NCBI GenBank assembly: GCA_008632985.1
Contig: QPGO01000144.1
Location: 62,001 to 126,000 of the forward strand
DNA length: 64,000 bases
Source of the DNA: Psammoneis japonica
Lineage: Eukaryota
Reading direction: 5' to 3'
A program made the position numbers and the translations under genes. Numbering within the stretch: position 1 is the stretch's first letter; each line of letters starts with the position of its first letter. Below are positions 49,201 through 63,162 of this stretch, piece after piece. The notes beneath the pieces are model-generated. The model was not told the origin of the DNA and made no database searches. It saw nothing but the letters and a program-made list of their open reading frames with translations.

Positions 49201-52200
49201 TCCTCAACTGCACTCGGTCCTCCTCCAGATTCCTCGATCATTCTCTGTCGTTCTGCTTCTTCCTTGACGGCCATCATCTCCCCATCAAAGAGCCCTTCAG
49301 ACTCAACGTCGTATTCTAGGATCAAGTGCGTTGCTGAAAGTAACATGGAACACTTTCGACTGCCTTCAGTTTTGATATGAAGACAATGTTCGAAATGAAA
49401 ATCAATCATGCCAGCGACAGAAGCATATACTGCGCCTATCGTCGATGAAGAATTGTCCGGTGGGTGAGAAAACGGACTGGACGCAATGTGATGATGAAAC
49501 GACCTCAATTGGTGCTGTTCGATCAATTCCGCAATCGCAGCATCCCCTTCCGTAGCTTCTTTGGCATCTGCAGATTTTTCTGATTCACTGACTTTCCCAT
49601 CCTTGACATCAGATCCCGTTTCGTCCACCGTTTCGTCCTCGGGGCTTTCCTTTGCCGGGCCGTCTTCGTTGGCAGCTTCTGGGTTACGCTCCGACAAGTC
49701 TGGAAAGTCTGCATGGCCTTCGACATCGGGTTCGTCGAGGTCGTCAATCGCTACGGTCAAGTCAATATCTTCGTTATCTTCGTCTGTTGTCTCTTTCTTG
49801 GTGATGTCAACAATCTCGAGGTCACCCGCTTCGGCAAGCTTCTTGGCTGCCGATAGGTCGATATCGGTTACGTATGAATTCCTCTGACTGGCTTTATCTT
49901 GGTCACTAAGTTCTTCCACGGCGGGCGCATCTTCTGGCAAACTCGCAGAGGATGCTCCGTGATCTAGCCAGGCGGGAATGAATCTTCTGAACTGTGGATT
50001 GCATGGCAAACTAATTAACCGACTACGAACATCGCGGTTGCCGTCCGCGATGGTCCTTTCCCAAAGATCGTCCATGGGAACATCGTCGTTCATGAATTCA
50101 ATGTACTGAGCCCAGCAGAAGCGTTCGGCAAATGCTGCGCAACTGTGACGATGAGAGGGAAGGAATTTCGATTCGAGTTCTTTCAAGCGAGATTTTTCCA
50201 CGGAAGAGAACTCAATAAAACTGGACATGGCATCAGCAGCTGTTTCCGATCCGACAATCGGTAAAGTGGGAATGGATGACTCCAACGCTGCTTGAACCTT
50301 CGTCCCGAGGGGAGAGAGAAGGAGTGAGGGAACATTGGTACCGTCTGCGTCCATGTTGACCGAGTCATTAAAAAGCTCGACAAGCTCAGATTCAGCAGCG
50401 TCACGGGCAACACTGGCGTCCCACGTATCCAGATACGATGAGAGGACAGGAAGCATAGTATCTACTTGCGCATTTTGACCTTCGGATGCTTTGGCCCCGG
50501 CAATGTCCGAGCATTTCTCCAGAGCTGACCCAAGACCTTTGTATTGACTCCATCCCAGTTTAGTAGCATTGCTACTATCCGTCACACCGTCGTCCGCCGC
50601 TTCGTACGTTTCATGGAACATGACAAAGTCTTCAGAGCCCATTCGTCCTCGATTGGAACCAGGGGAGGCAGGCGGCGTCTCATGCGGGGCATTACCAAAT
50701 GTCACAGTTTCGTCTCTTTCGGCGGCTGGTCGCTTTTCCGGCGTCAACTTGCTTGGAATCAAATCACCTCCAAGAATAAGCCGTTCAACCGCACGCGAAG
50801 ATTCTGCCTCTTCAGCAATAGCCGACCGTGACGTAGCATCCAAGAGACCTTGGGTTTCTCCCGAGTCCGCAGTGTCTTTAGATGCGCCTTTGTCGTCGTC
50901 ATAGGCGTCAAACAGAGCCTTGTCGCGCAACCGACGCTCGCCATTATAACGGACCCTAATTTCCTCCGCAACCGAAACAAAGAGAAAAGAGCAAATCTTG
51001 ACAGCGTCGTCATCATTGGCGTTTCGGTGATATGTTAGGCCTCTTCGCAAGGCAGCTAGCGCACTGAGGGCGACATCTCTAGCATTTGGAAATGACAGAC
51101 CAACGACAGCCGCAGTCAGCGAATGACGCATTTCATTGACCAAATGAGTGAGGAGAGACATTTTCACGGTAGGCGGAGTTTCAGCATCGTCCGATCCTTC
51201 CTCGGCGGAAGGTGGCAAAGGTTGTGGTACAGCAATCGTCATTGCCGAACGAATGTTTCCGACACACCCAAGAGCAACACGAAGGCACGGTTGTAAAATG
51301 GGAAGCAGAAGCTTTGATGAAGCCCCAGGTGTCATGTCCTGAGTCGAAACTTTACCCCGCGGAGAAAGCGGGGTAAGCGGCGAATGGAACTCTGAGTTTT
51401 CGTTCGCTCCAACCATATGATCCACCATTGGAGACAAGAGCGGCACATCCCCTCCCAAGCTACCTTGATCGGACGGATCGCTATAGCTTGGCTCTATTTC
51501 TTCAGCTCGTTGAGGCGGAGGAGCCAATACCAATTGGCACCACCCAGTTACCTCCCGGCCAAATGTCATAATGTCCAACAAGGCGCACAAAAGGATAACT
51601 TGGTCGCGAGTGTACACCGGAGACTCGTTCTTGGTGTCCCTCGGTGTCCTGAGTAGTTCCTTCTCCTCTATAAGGATACAAAGCCTCGAGACGGCCGAGC
51701 ACAAATCAACACTCCAGGTAATTTCAGCATCGTTTTCACGAGTAACAGCTTTTGTGAGAACCACGGCAGCCAATCGACAAAGAACATCTTGAGCCATGGC
51801 TTCAGCAACGCCCGCGCCGCTTTTCCCAGAAGTAGAAGAGTCGCTCTCGGCTTTTTCTGACGTGGGCGAAGATTTGCTGTACACTACCGAGTCTTTAAGA
51901 GTGCTTGTGACACTTCGCCATACCAAGGTAGACGCTTCCGCACCTCCCATTTTCATGGCCGTGGCAACTAGGTCCGTCAAGCACCCAAGAACAATACTCT
52001 GACAAGAGGATAGCTTGGACAGCGTCACATCATCAAAGTTCTTTTCCTCCTTCATTTTGTAGGCACTGCCAAAGTTGGTGGGATGCACATGAGTCGATGA
52101 CAAATCGACCCATTCGTTTTCCGAATCCGATCGCGATCGATTGCCCTGAGATGGCTGGGAAAAGGACAAGACTTCAATCTCCGACTCTACGGTTACATGC

Positions 52201-55200
52201 GACACGGCCTTGCGCCGAGTATCAATGTGATTTTCCAATACCATTAGCACCACCAACAAATGAGGTACATAATCCCTGGCAGCCTGGATCGCTTGAGAAG
52301 CCGCGGCTGACCTTCGTGATCTTCGCATCATGCGTGACTTTTTTCGTGGTACCAGGTTCAAGCCACCATAGACGCGTTGAAAGGCACCGCCGACCGCTGC
52401 AATCAGTTCCATCAAGACACTCAATGCTGCCGGGTCGACTGGTGCCTTGCCGTCCTCCTTGCTATCCTCGGGGTGAGACACGAGCGATACAACCAGACCC
52501 GGAAGCAACGGCATCATGACACGGAGTCGGTCCGACAACAAATCCGAGTAGTTCCAAGAGCTGCGCAATATTAGGGGAAATAATTGTGTGTTGAGCAATA
52601 CGAACAAACGGATATCGCAAAAAAATCAACAACAACAACCATACATCACTACTCACCTCTTGTCATTACGCCGTCCCCCAATCGACAATGCCGCCATGGC
52701 GGGCGGAGGCAAAAAGAGACACGACACGAGCCGTTCTTGATTCTTGGTGGACGACACGAGGCATCCTTGCAAACTACCCGCTAACGAGGATGCCAACAAG
52801 AGACTTCCCGTTGATTTGGCGGCAATTTCTCCTTCGGGACCGGCAATCGACGTGAGCCATGAAAAAATCAACAAGACAAACCGCCAATCCCGTTTCCATC
52901 CCATGGTGTGGTCCGTGTCTTTTTGTTGTTTGGAAGGGTTGCCATTGCCACTGGTATCGGCCAACTTTTCTCCACAAAAAATGGTTCGACTCAACATCAT
53001 GGGTGCAATGACATCATGGTATTGTCCCAATAACAAGTTTCGTCCCAATCGAGACGCCACTTGTGTCTTGAGTTGTTCTTGATTCATATTATGGGATGCT
53101 TCCTCTTCAATCGCGGCATCCAACAGAGACTTGTTGTTGTTGTTGCTGCTATTGCGTGGCTCGGGCAATATATCACACCATTGCAAAATCATCACCAACG
53201 CTTCCAAAACGACATGTCCACCCATGGATCCAAGTGGACAATCCGACAGTGCTCCGATACAAGCGGCAATGTCGTGTTCACTCTGAGAAATGACCTTGTC
53301 ATTCATGAGTGATGCCAAGAGCATTCCAAACAAGAGTTCGGCAAGTGATTTGGATATTTGTTCCAAGGCCGCTTGTTGGGGATCGACATGTTCGTCCAAC
53401 ACAAGTGTCGACAAGGACGTGCTCAAGAGTGAAACACTGTTGTTGTGGTAACGACGTTTGGAATCATACCTCATTTTGACAGAATCCAACAAGAATTGAA
53501 CGGGCATTTGCGATCGAAGCAAGTGTCCACCACTCTTGTGAAAGGATTGCTGCCAAACATCTTGGAGTGACTTTTTCTTGGGCAGTGGTGGTGGCGGTCC
53601 GCCGTACAAGTTGGATACGGTTTTCAACACGAGCGCTGCACTCTCCAAGTGTCCACCCCACAAATCAAAATCCAGAGCAAAGCTAAATATGCACGTCATG
53701 GCCAAATCGGATGACTTTTGAACCAATGTTTTCAAATCCGAAACAGTAGCAGTAGTAGTAGCGCCACAACAGGCTTCAATCAATTGACATGAGGCCCTGG
53801 CCAAATCCATGGGAATGTAGCCTGGACAAACATCGTCATGGTGGTTTTCATCATTGCTGCGCTTTTTGTTGTTGTGGTTGCTCTCTTGTTGCTTGAGCAA
53901 CTCCTTTAATGATATTCCACTACCACTTTCATCTAGCACATTCATTTGAATGGCACGTACCAACGATCGTCGCAGCGTGGATGCCAAAATGTGTAAGAGT
54001 CCCGATTGCAACACTTCTTCTTGAATGCGTGCTCCACCATTTTGAATAGAGGTTGCCAAACTATCCACCAAGAGCGCCGCAAACGCTCCATTGTTGCTGT
54101 AGAGTGCATGCAATCTCTCAAGAGATTGCGTTTTCAAAGAATCTTGTAAATGCAACACTTGTCCCGGTGGTTCGAGTGCTAAAAACAGGGGCAAGACACA
54201 ACTCGACAAGAAACCTTGTTCATGGAGCAAAGTGAAAGCATTGTCCCTGCGTCGTGGTGGTGCTATTGTGTTCCATCACCACCATGATGTTCTCATGTTC
54301 GGGTGTGTGATGCAATAAAAATTCCGACAATAAATGCGTCGCTTTGCACGACGTCCCTCCAATACGAGCGGCAATGCTTCTTGCGAATGGGGTGCTTGAG
54401 GTTCCAACAGTCCCACCTTGGGTGTGACTTCGGTATCACCCACCAAATAATAATTGGGCATGACGATTCGATGATGGGGATTGCGTAAAATCAACACAGT
54501 CGTGGCGGCATAACTCAAATAGACCGAAGATAATAATTGTTGCAATTCCAAACAATCCATGAGTGGAATACCAACGGATGCCTTGCGTCCATCGAGTGAT
54601 GTGCCCTTGGTGGGATTGGCCACGGGTGGGACCAAACCCTGTTGGAGTGGTAGGGAAGGACCGGCAGCGGCCAAGATGGCTTGATAGAGGGGTGAAATGA
54701 CTTCTCCGTACAATTGAATTGCAGCCACGTGCAAGTGTGCACCGACAACTGTAGTAGTAGTAGTAGTACTGTCTGCCAATTCCGAAGCCGTCACTTGAGA
54801 ATCATCCTTTTTTTGATTTGTCATGGTTTTGACTCCCCCCGCCATGCAATTGACCAAACAAGTGTTATAGGACATGTTGGCGGCCACATGATCCAAGACG
54901 GGAAAGCCAATTCACCATGTCCCTGTACCGTACCATTGACAGACAACGTCCATTGAGGTCGTTTGAGGTAGGGAAAATTGTGTGTAATACCAATCAAGGA
55001 CCACTGTTCAAGATTTAATTTCATACAGCAGGAAACAAGAGAGGACTGTTGAAATTGTTCTTGTTGCAACGACGACGTAGTACTTGCACCGACTTGACTG
55101 TGTGATATACTGGCGTGTGGCAACGAAAAGGCCGTGACGGTGGTCTGTACTTGATTTGTTTCATTCGAACAACAACTCCACTCTCCGAGCGTGACACAAA

Positions 55201-55664
55201 TTCCAATCCATGTTGATCTTGTGGTGACGTACTGAATCGATACAACACACGTCGTGTTTCGTATTGATAATGATTGGGATTGTCACTCCGTTGCGGTGTG
55301 GCAGTCAGACAGGCCTTGCTTTCTTCTTGGGTCTTCAACAACACGGGTCGTACCCAAAATAATATGGTGTAGGATTTGCGTAGCTTTTCCTTCCAATCCA
55401 ACGGTGGCAATATTCCACACGTACCATTGCCACCCAAATCGACGTGAGCATCCAATTCCGATAAATACGGTTGGAGGTCATTTAGAATGTTTTTCTGGGA
55501 AAGCGTGTTTTTCTGCAACAACGAAAAGAGATATTGACTCGTCGTGGTGGTTTTAGGTGCACCGTCGTCATCATCGTCTTGAATTGGATTCTCCATGAGA
55601 TTGCGCAACGACGATTGAGACAAGAGCAACGACGACGACGATGATTGTTGTTGTTGTCCGTCAT
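46237..55664 (-). CDS. BEACH-domain protein (PH-BEACH-WD40; neurobeachin/LvsC-like)
   Basis: [85 protein letters not shown], then WD40. Introns 48183-48101 and 52656-52561. The 5' part (54230-55664) shifts frame, so the start is uncertain. Confidence 0.85.
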
Positions 55665-57899
55665 GGTGCCTTTTTTGGGAGTGTTGGAGTGAATAGAAGA
55701 AGCTACGTGGAAATTGCGTAGAATTTATACCAGCGAGATCTTTTGGGTTTTGTTCGTGTGGGTGACATTTTGCGCGCGTAGAGTGCGCGGGAGAATGACC
55801 AACGGAAATGCACTTCTACGGGTATGAAGCTTACTGTATTTGTGGAACTGTCCGAATGACTTTGAGAATTGCTGCCTGCTTGCACAGCGGTGATGCCACT
55901 GGTCAAGTTCCAATGTGGCAGACAAGATGGGATTCTGCACCACTTGTGTCTGGCTGTGGTGTGGGTGGAGTTTTTCTCATGGTGTGTCTCATTGTCCACC
56001 ACAAGGGGGTTTGCTCAAACTTCTGTGCTGTGCTGTGGCCACAGGCCAAGCAAGGCCAAGCTGTGCTTCTCATGGCGGCTCTTGGCTCTCGTGCCACAAA
56101 TGTGCTNTTGTGGGCATGTGTTGCCATTGCATCTTGTGTCTGGCAGGAATCTGGCAGGTGATGTTGCTTTTCCAATGCCTCTTCTGCTTTGTCTGGAACT
56201 CACATCACATCCACCATCCACAAAATTCAAGCACCTCAACTCATCTTGTCAAAGCACGCCTGTTGGCGACACACCAGCTGCTGAGCAACTCTTCACTTGC
56301 TTTGTTTTTTTGTCATGTGGAGCCTGACAACTGTTTCATGCAGGGTCCAACTGCAGAGATGTGCAAATCAACTTGCAGCCCTCTGCACTTCAATCTGTCA
56401 AGGGTGTGCTGTGCTCTTTGCAGCAAGCACCTTCTTCCCTGTTTGTCTCACAGCAGTTTTTTGCTTTGTCACCACCAGCAGCTGCTGTCTCTGCATGCCG
56501 CTGACTTTTTTTGGGGTGGATGATGACACTCTCTTGTGTGGAACCTGCAATGAACTGCCTGGGGTCCCCCCAAGGATGGCCCTGCAGCTGAGCCCTCCTT
56601 GCTTCTTGCACACAATGTGCTGGAGAGTGCAGAAATGCAGGTTTTGCAACTTGCAATGTGGCAATCAAGTCTGTTGAAGCCTTCTGCCGAAGCCTTTGGC
56701 CAAGGTGGATTTGTTTGCTCTGGCATGCCTGAGTTGACTGACCAGAGTTTTTTGAGGCATCAGGCTGTGACAGTGCACGGAATGTGCTCTGGCTGTGTGC
56801 AGCTCTTTTCCCTTTGCCAAGCTTTGGGAGGAGCTTCCACCTGCTTGCAAAACTTTTGGGCAACCCCACTCCTCCTCTTCTGCACTTGCAAGTGGCAGCG
56901 TTTTCTTTTGCAGCAGCTGGACTCTCCAATTTCAGATTGTTTCTTTGTCCGCATCATGGGCATTGACCAAGTGGCTTCACATGTGGTGAATGAGTCCTTT
57001 TTGCCTGCTGCTGTGCAGCCCACCCCTGACCAACACTGCCATGGTGATGCACGCCCAGCACACCCCATGCTGCAGCTGCCAGTGCATGTTGAATTGGATC
57101 TCTGCTGCTGCACGACATTGACGGCAAACATCAATTTTCACTCCAGCCCTTTTCGTCAGATTGGCAATTGTGCTGCTGTTTGCAACGATGCTGCCTCTGT
57201 GAACAAGACAGGTGTGTGCCTCTTTCCTTTGGCACCAGCACTGCTTTTTGGGCTTTCCCAAGCTCCCAGATGATGACAACCCTGCTGTTCTTTGACTTTG
57301 GTCTTTGATGCCATGCTCTTTTGGTTTGGTTGATGAGCTCAACTCTGGCACCTTTTTGGCTGGCTGCTGCATCATCTGGGGTGTCTGGTGTGTTGCTCTT
57401 TGTGTTGGCTCCAACTCTGCACACTTGGACCCACCCACACTCCCTGATGATGATCCACCAGGAGAGACTTCACGCCCCATCTTTTCTTTCTTTGGACAGC
57501 ATCTTGAGACCGTTTCTCATGATTGTCATTAGAGCGCACAACACAGTGATCATCACGCATCTTTTCATTGTGATTTTTGTTCCTTTTGCAGACAAATTTT
57601 TCATGGTTTCAAACCTTGTCAGTTGTGTGGCTGGCAATGACATGTCAACCATGACAGATCAACATTTTTGTGCTGTGGGATCAGACCCCCCTCCCCATGA
57701 GAAAAAATGTTTCGCTGTGAAACAGGGGCACGTTTTCCCCATGAGAGTGCCGCCCTCCATCCCTGCAAAACCTGTGAATTAAAATCATTTGCATTGCACC
57801 ATGAACATTCCATTTTGTTGTTTGCATTTAAATTGAATGATGCCGACAGAGACAACACCCTGGAGTCTGCAGCAGCAGCTGCAGCTCACTTTCATCAAG

Positions 57900-58760
57900 T
57901 GCCGCTGCTTGCAGCCACCTTGTTCATTGCCAAAAATGTGCAGAATGCATTGTGAGAGTGCAGTGTGGATGAACCAACACTGCCAACAGGAACGGCAACT
58001 CAGACTTGCCGGTGCATCCGGCACTGCTGATTCTGGAACAGGCGTGTTTGCAGCAGGAGCTGCTGTTTCATTGTTTGAAGTGCCGCTGCTCTGTTCCACC
58101 TCATTCATTGCCAAAAAGAGCAAAACACATTTTGAGAGCATTGCACAGATGAGCCAACACAACCCACAAGAACGGCAACATGGACGTGCCAGTGTGTCCG
58201 ATGCCGCTGATTCTGGACCAGGTGAAGCAGCACTGCTCTGATCCACCTTGTTCATTGCAAAGAAGAGTGAAATGCTTTGTGAGAGTGTGTGGGACAACAA
58301 CAGCAGCCAATTGAAACTGCAACATGGACTCACTGGTGCATCCATCATGGCAGATTCGGTCACTTCTGCCACCGGTTCCCGACCCAGCAAAGCTGATTCC
58401 AGACCATGTGAAGCGACGCTGCTCTGACCCACCTTGTTCATTGCAAAGAAGTGTGGAGCGCTTTGTGAGAGTGCACAGGACAACAACAGCAACCAACTGA
58501 AACTGCAACATGGACTCACTGGTGCATCTGCCATGCATGGCAGATTCGGTTGCTTCTGCCACCGGTTCCCGACCCCGTGAAGCTGATTCCGGACCATGCG
58601 AAGCAACACTGCTCTGATCCACCTTGTTCATTGCAAAGAAATGCAAAATGCTTTGTGAGAGTGCACAGGACAACAACAGCAACCAATTGAAACTGCAACA
58701 CAGACTTGCAGGTGCACCCACCACTGCCGATTTGGGAGCTTCTGCTTCTGGTTCCCGACC
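57900..58760 (+). repeat. Diverged tandem array, 5 units of ~150-190 bp
   Basis: ccacct..ttcattgc.aa.aa recurs at ~57915, 58096, 58243, 58429 and 58619, followed by tgagag and gctgattc..gac blocks. Confidence 0.8.
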
Positions 58761-58788
58761 CATCGACATGGAATTGGCAGCTGCCGTG

Positions 58789-59055
58789 GGCCTGTTCCAG
58801 CTCCAGGTGCTCCGCGCGGGTTCGATTCCCATCATTTGGAAATTTGTGCATTTGGCGCAACCAACTTTTTCCAAATCCGTTTTTTGCCAAATCGAAGGGC
58901 AAGTGTGCACATTACATGCATTTTTGGGTGTACACTCACCTTTCAACTTTCGATTTTCGAAACGATCAAAATTGAAGGAGTCAATTGTGCCAAACTGCGC
59001 AAAAAATCGGCCTCTCGCGTGATGAAAAGCAGATCACCTGGAGCTGGAACAGGCC
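58789..59055. mobile_element. MITE, 267 bp, GTTCCAG-TIR family (subfamily C)
   Basis: Perfect 21-bp TIR ggcctgttccagctccaggtg / cacctggagctggaacaggcc. 4-bp TSD cgtg/tgtg. Confidence 0.9.
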
Positions 59056-62000
59056 TGTGGTTGTTGCAGTCGACCCCCCTGCTCTTGACCACAAACAGCA
59101 GAGAGACTTGGGAAGCCTTTAAAAATGAGCCCAACAACTCAGGCAACCTCCAACGGGTTGCCTGTCCACTCTCTGCCTCTGCAGTCTTTCTGGATCTGGG
59201 CACAGAAATTGGAGAAGATGGGTGTGACACAAGTGAACACATCAAAAACAAGTGAAGCTCTTTTTGTGCATGCCTTTTTTGAAGAGTGTCATGTGTGGCA
59301 AAGAACTCCTCATGTGTGTGATTCTGAGAGCTGCAGGAACAAGCACTGGGTCTGGACACAGAAGTTGGAGAAGACGGATGTGTTGTTGGCGAATGTGTCA
59401 AAAACCAACAACGTGCCTCTTTTTGCACATGCCTTGTTTGAACAGTGTAATTCATGGCAACTCATGATGACTCTGGGTGCAAAACTCTGACATGCACAAC
59501 TGTGACAATGCTGCAGAAAAGCAAGTTTGTGATGTGCGTGCACACAACACACAACAACACGCCAGCAGCTCAGCATTCTGGACACGGTGGATTCGTGACA
59601 GCACACTCAAGATCACAAAATTCAAGCTGTGCCCGAATGAAACCCCATCTTGACCAACCAGAAAGATGGCAGGCATCACCACATGTTGAGCTGCTGTCAT
59701 CGGCTGGCGGGGGGCAAAGCATTTCACCGCCATGGCCAGTTGTCGATTTGCAGATTTGCGACCACACGCAGGATCCACGTGAATCATGACAGCACATGCT
59801 GTCATTTTTCAAACTTTGGGCAGAGGGTGCGCTGTTGTGAAATGTGCAGAAAATTGTGTGTGCAAAACACATGATGAAAACGCCACAGACCAACAGGCTG
59901 TGCAAATCTGGGATGCATGAAGAAAAATGAAGGTGGGTCACGTGCATGCGTGAAGTGCTGCAGACTGCACAAGTGCAAAGACACACACATGTGAATGAGG
60001 AGGATGAAGTCAAAACCAAGTTCAAATTGATTAAGATCCAAAGGAAACCAAACCATGCATCACAAAAAACAGATTTTGACTCCAATTGAATCAAAAAACA
60101 TTGCGTGCATTTGATTGAAGCTTGTGCAAGAAAAGTCATTGGGGCATCAGATGAAATGCAAAAAAAGGCTTCAATTTGTTGAGCACTTTTTCTGGCATTT
60201 TTTTTAATTCTGCTTGTTGACAATTTTGACAATGCACGTTGAACAATTTACAAAGGAAAGTGGAAACCACTGCATTGCCACCTCTGATGTGACCCAAACT
60301 TTCTTGTCTTTCTGCTTTGTTTTTCTGCCCCCTGGTTTGCCAACCCAACACCAGATTTTTTGAAGTTGTCCAGTCACGACCTGTGCTCTTTTTCTCTTCT
60401 TGGGGGGGGGGAGCAGGGGATGTTTTCTGCTTTTTGCTTTGCAGCCACTTGTCCAGCAAATTGCAGCACACCATTTGTGGATGCTCTGTGTTCTCTTTTT
60501 GTCCATTTTCTTTGCTTCTCTTCTGGACATGCACTGCCATTGTGTCTTGTCTGATGGGAGTCTGACAAAGACAATTTTGTGCATTTTGATTCTGGCAACA
60601 ACGCACATCTGCACTGCTGGAGCTGCTGGTTGGTTCTTTGTGCAGAGACGATGAGATCTTTGCTGCACAGTGCCAAAGGCATGCTGAGTTGCCACACAAT
60701 GTGCAGAACGTTGATTTTTGTCAACTCTTCTTGCTGTGCACAGCTGCACCACCATGGTTGCACATCACACTCTTGCTGGTCAATTCCATGCAATGAAAGC
60801 ACTCAACCGCTGATGAGAAAAGAGTGGCTCATGACTCCACTCCTCTGCATTTCAAGTTTTCTAAATTTGCAAGTTCTTGGGTCTGTGTGTCAACAGGGCT
60901 GCTTTGGGCCTGCTTTGTTCTTTTGCCACAGCACTTTAAAGAATGCCCAACGCCTCACTTAAAAAGAAGCTCATGTTTTTCTGGATTTTGCAAGTTCTCA
61001 AGTCCATGTCAACTGGGCTGCTTTGTTCCTGTTTTGCTCCTTTGTGAGAGCACTCAATGCTCCACTTTCGAATTTGGCAGCACACATTTTAAATGCTGGC
61101 TTGAAGCAAAGGGTGTGTTGGGCATGCATGAAGCAAGTGGTCAAGCAGCCTCAACTTTGAGTCAGCAGAGTTGATCTCTTCTCTCTCATTCTCAATGACA
61201 TGAGCAAGAAGCTGAGCTGTTTGCTTTAAAAACAGCTGAGTTAAAAAAAAACATTTGGTTGTTAACTTGGCTCAATGAGAACATTTTGAAAACCTTTCAC
61301 ATGGGTGGGGTGCAGATCTTCTTGTTGTTTTTGTTCTTTGGCTTGTGCCATTGCTCGCCACAACACATTCTCCCCATTGTCTGCATTGTTGTGTCAGGAT
61401 TTTGAAGCAATTGTGATGAAGGGCATTCCCCTCCATTGAACAAACATGCAGGCTGCCAACAAAGCTGCTTTTTCTTTTCAGGAAAGTGCTTCAAGTTGTT
61501 GCAGCATTTGTGGTTGTTGGTTGTTTTTAGAAAGCTCTGGTGTGCAAGTTGGCTTGCACTGGACTCAAAACTTTCTTGGGGTGGTTGAGATGGAGGGTGC
61601 TCTCCTCCACGCATGCTGCCCGCTTTTGCCAGTTGTGCTCCAAAACTGGCAGCAGGCTGAATGCCTCATCACTTGCAGATGCCAACCTGTTCAAGCAACA
61701 TCTTGATTGATTTGACCCGATGCATCCACACTGTCTTTCCCACCACAATTGGAGGCAGGGAGTGCAGGGTGAAATTGCTTTGGACCAGCATGTTGTCTCT
61801 CCCCTCTGGCATTTTGTCCAGAGATGGCATCTTGTCATCATTTTCTGCCTGTGTGTTTCTCTTCTTGTGATCCATGTGCCCTGTGCAATCATGACACACC
61901 AAGCAATGTGTGTCGGCAGTCTTCCAGTGCCCTGCATGTTGCACACTTGACTTTTTGGCTTGAAGAAACAGCCTGCAGCACAGATGAGCCAAAGCAAAAG

Positions 62001-63162
62001 CTCACATCAGTGAGCTTTGCCACACTGGGCAACTCTTTTGACAGGGTTGCTGTTGCGTTGTGAGCTGATTGCACACCAGATGACCCTGAAACCAGTGTGC
62101 ACACACTTGCAAGATGAACATTCATTCCTCAGACAGGCACCAACAATGAGGGGGACATTTGGCCAGCCTGCATTCATTTGAAAAAAGGAGCTGACAAGAA
62201 AGTCTCAGTGGTGTTGTCATTCTCACACAGATGCAGAGATCTCTGTCAAGTTGTGAGCAACGCTTGCACAGACATGCAAGCAGGGCTCCTCTGCTGCTGA
62301 ACTGCTGTGATGACACCACACTCTCCTCTTTGCTTGTCATCAACAACACCTGCAGAGAGAGAATTTGCAATGTGAACTCTGCTGCTCTGTTGATGACAAC
62401 AACACTGGCATGTCGAGCACTGATGCACGCCACTGCTGTTTGTTTTTGTGGCCTCTTTTGTGTGCATTTTGGCATTCTTTCTGTGTGCATCACACTCTCA
62501 AAATGGCTCCATGATGCTGCTGAGTTCCAACACCTGCTGCCCTTCTGTGGTGCAATGACAACAGCTTTTTTCTCCATTCACTTTTGCTGCAGCACCAGCT
62601 GACAGCACCTGCTCCAAAACAGCATCCTCATGGCGGGCCAAACATGCGTCACTGCAGGCTGCCCTTTCGCTGACTTTGGCCGATGGCGGCACACCAGCCG
62701 CTGACAACCCCACAGCGGCACCTTGCTGCCACAGCATGTGTGATGTTGCAATCTCATGCATTTTCCACAGCAAAGAATGCTGCAATCTTGCCTTGGCTGC
62801 CACCTTGCTTGCCCCCTGAGCTGCCTCCCGAATGGCCTCACACGCCACCAGACACGCCACCACAAACCTCCAGCGCCATTTCACTGGCCTCAAACACCCA
62901 ACAAGGAACTTGTTTCCATGTGTCACACTTGGCTTGCCTCTGCAACAGCACACATTGGTGAGTGCAAAATGGCACTTGACAAATCTGCAGACGAAGTGTC
63001 CAAACTCTGTCTCGAAGTCCGTGATCTGTGAAACACGAGAGGAGCTCCGCCAACAGCAGCATGGCCATTGTGGACCTTGGTCACTCCAGTGATTTTGTGG
63101 TCTTGCGTGCAGAGGTGGAATCTCTGTCAGAAAATGCTTGACCACCACAGCTTTCGATCAGT

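Noticed and set aside
54230..55664. Programmed frameshifting or pseudogenisation of the BEACH gene 5' end
   Set aside because: The rest of the gene is intact and there are ambiguous bases nearby (n at ~56107). Assembly indels or unrecognised introns are more likely, and reads are needed to decide.
56297..56677. RING/zinc-finger-like Cys-His pattern
   Set aside because: Cys/His excess is the expected by-product of TG/CA saturation, and the spacing is incomplete.
58818..58830. tRNA/SINE B-box (gggttcgattccc)
   Set aside because: No cloverleaf or properly spaced A-box. It lies inside a TIR/TSD-bounded MITE.
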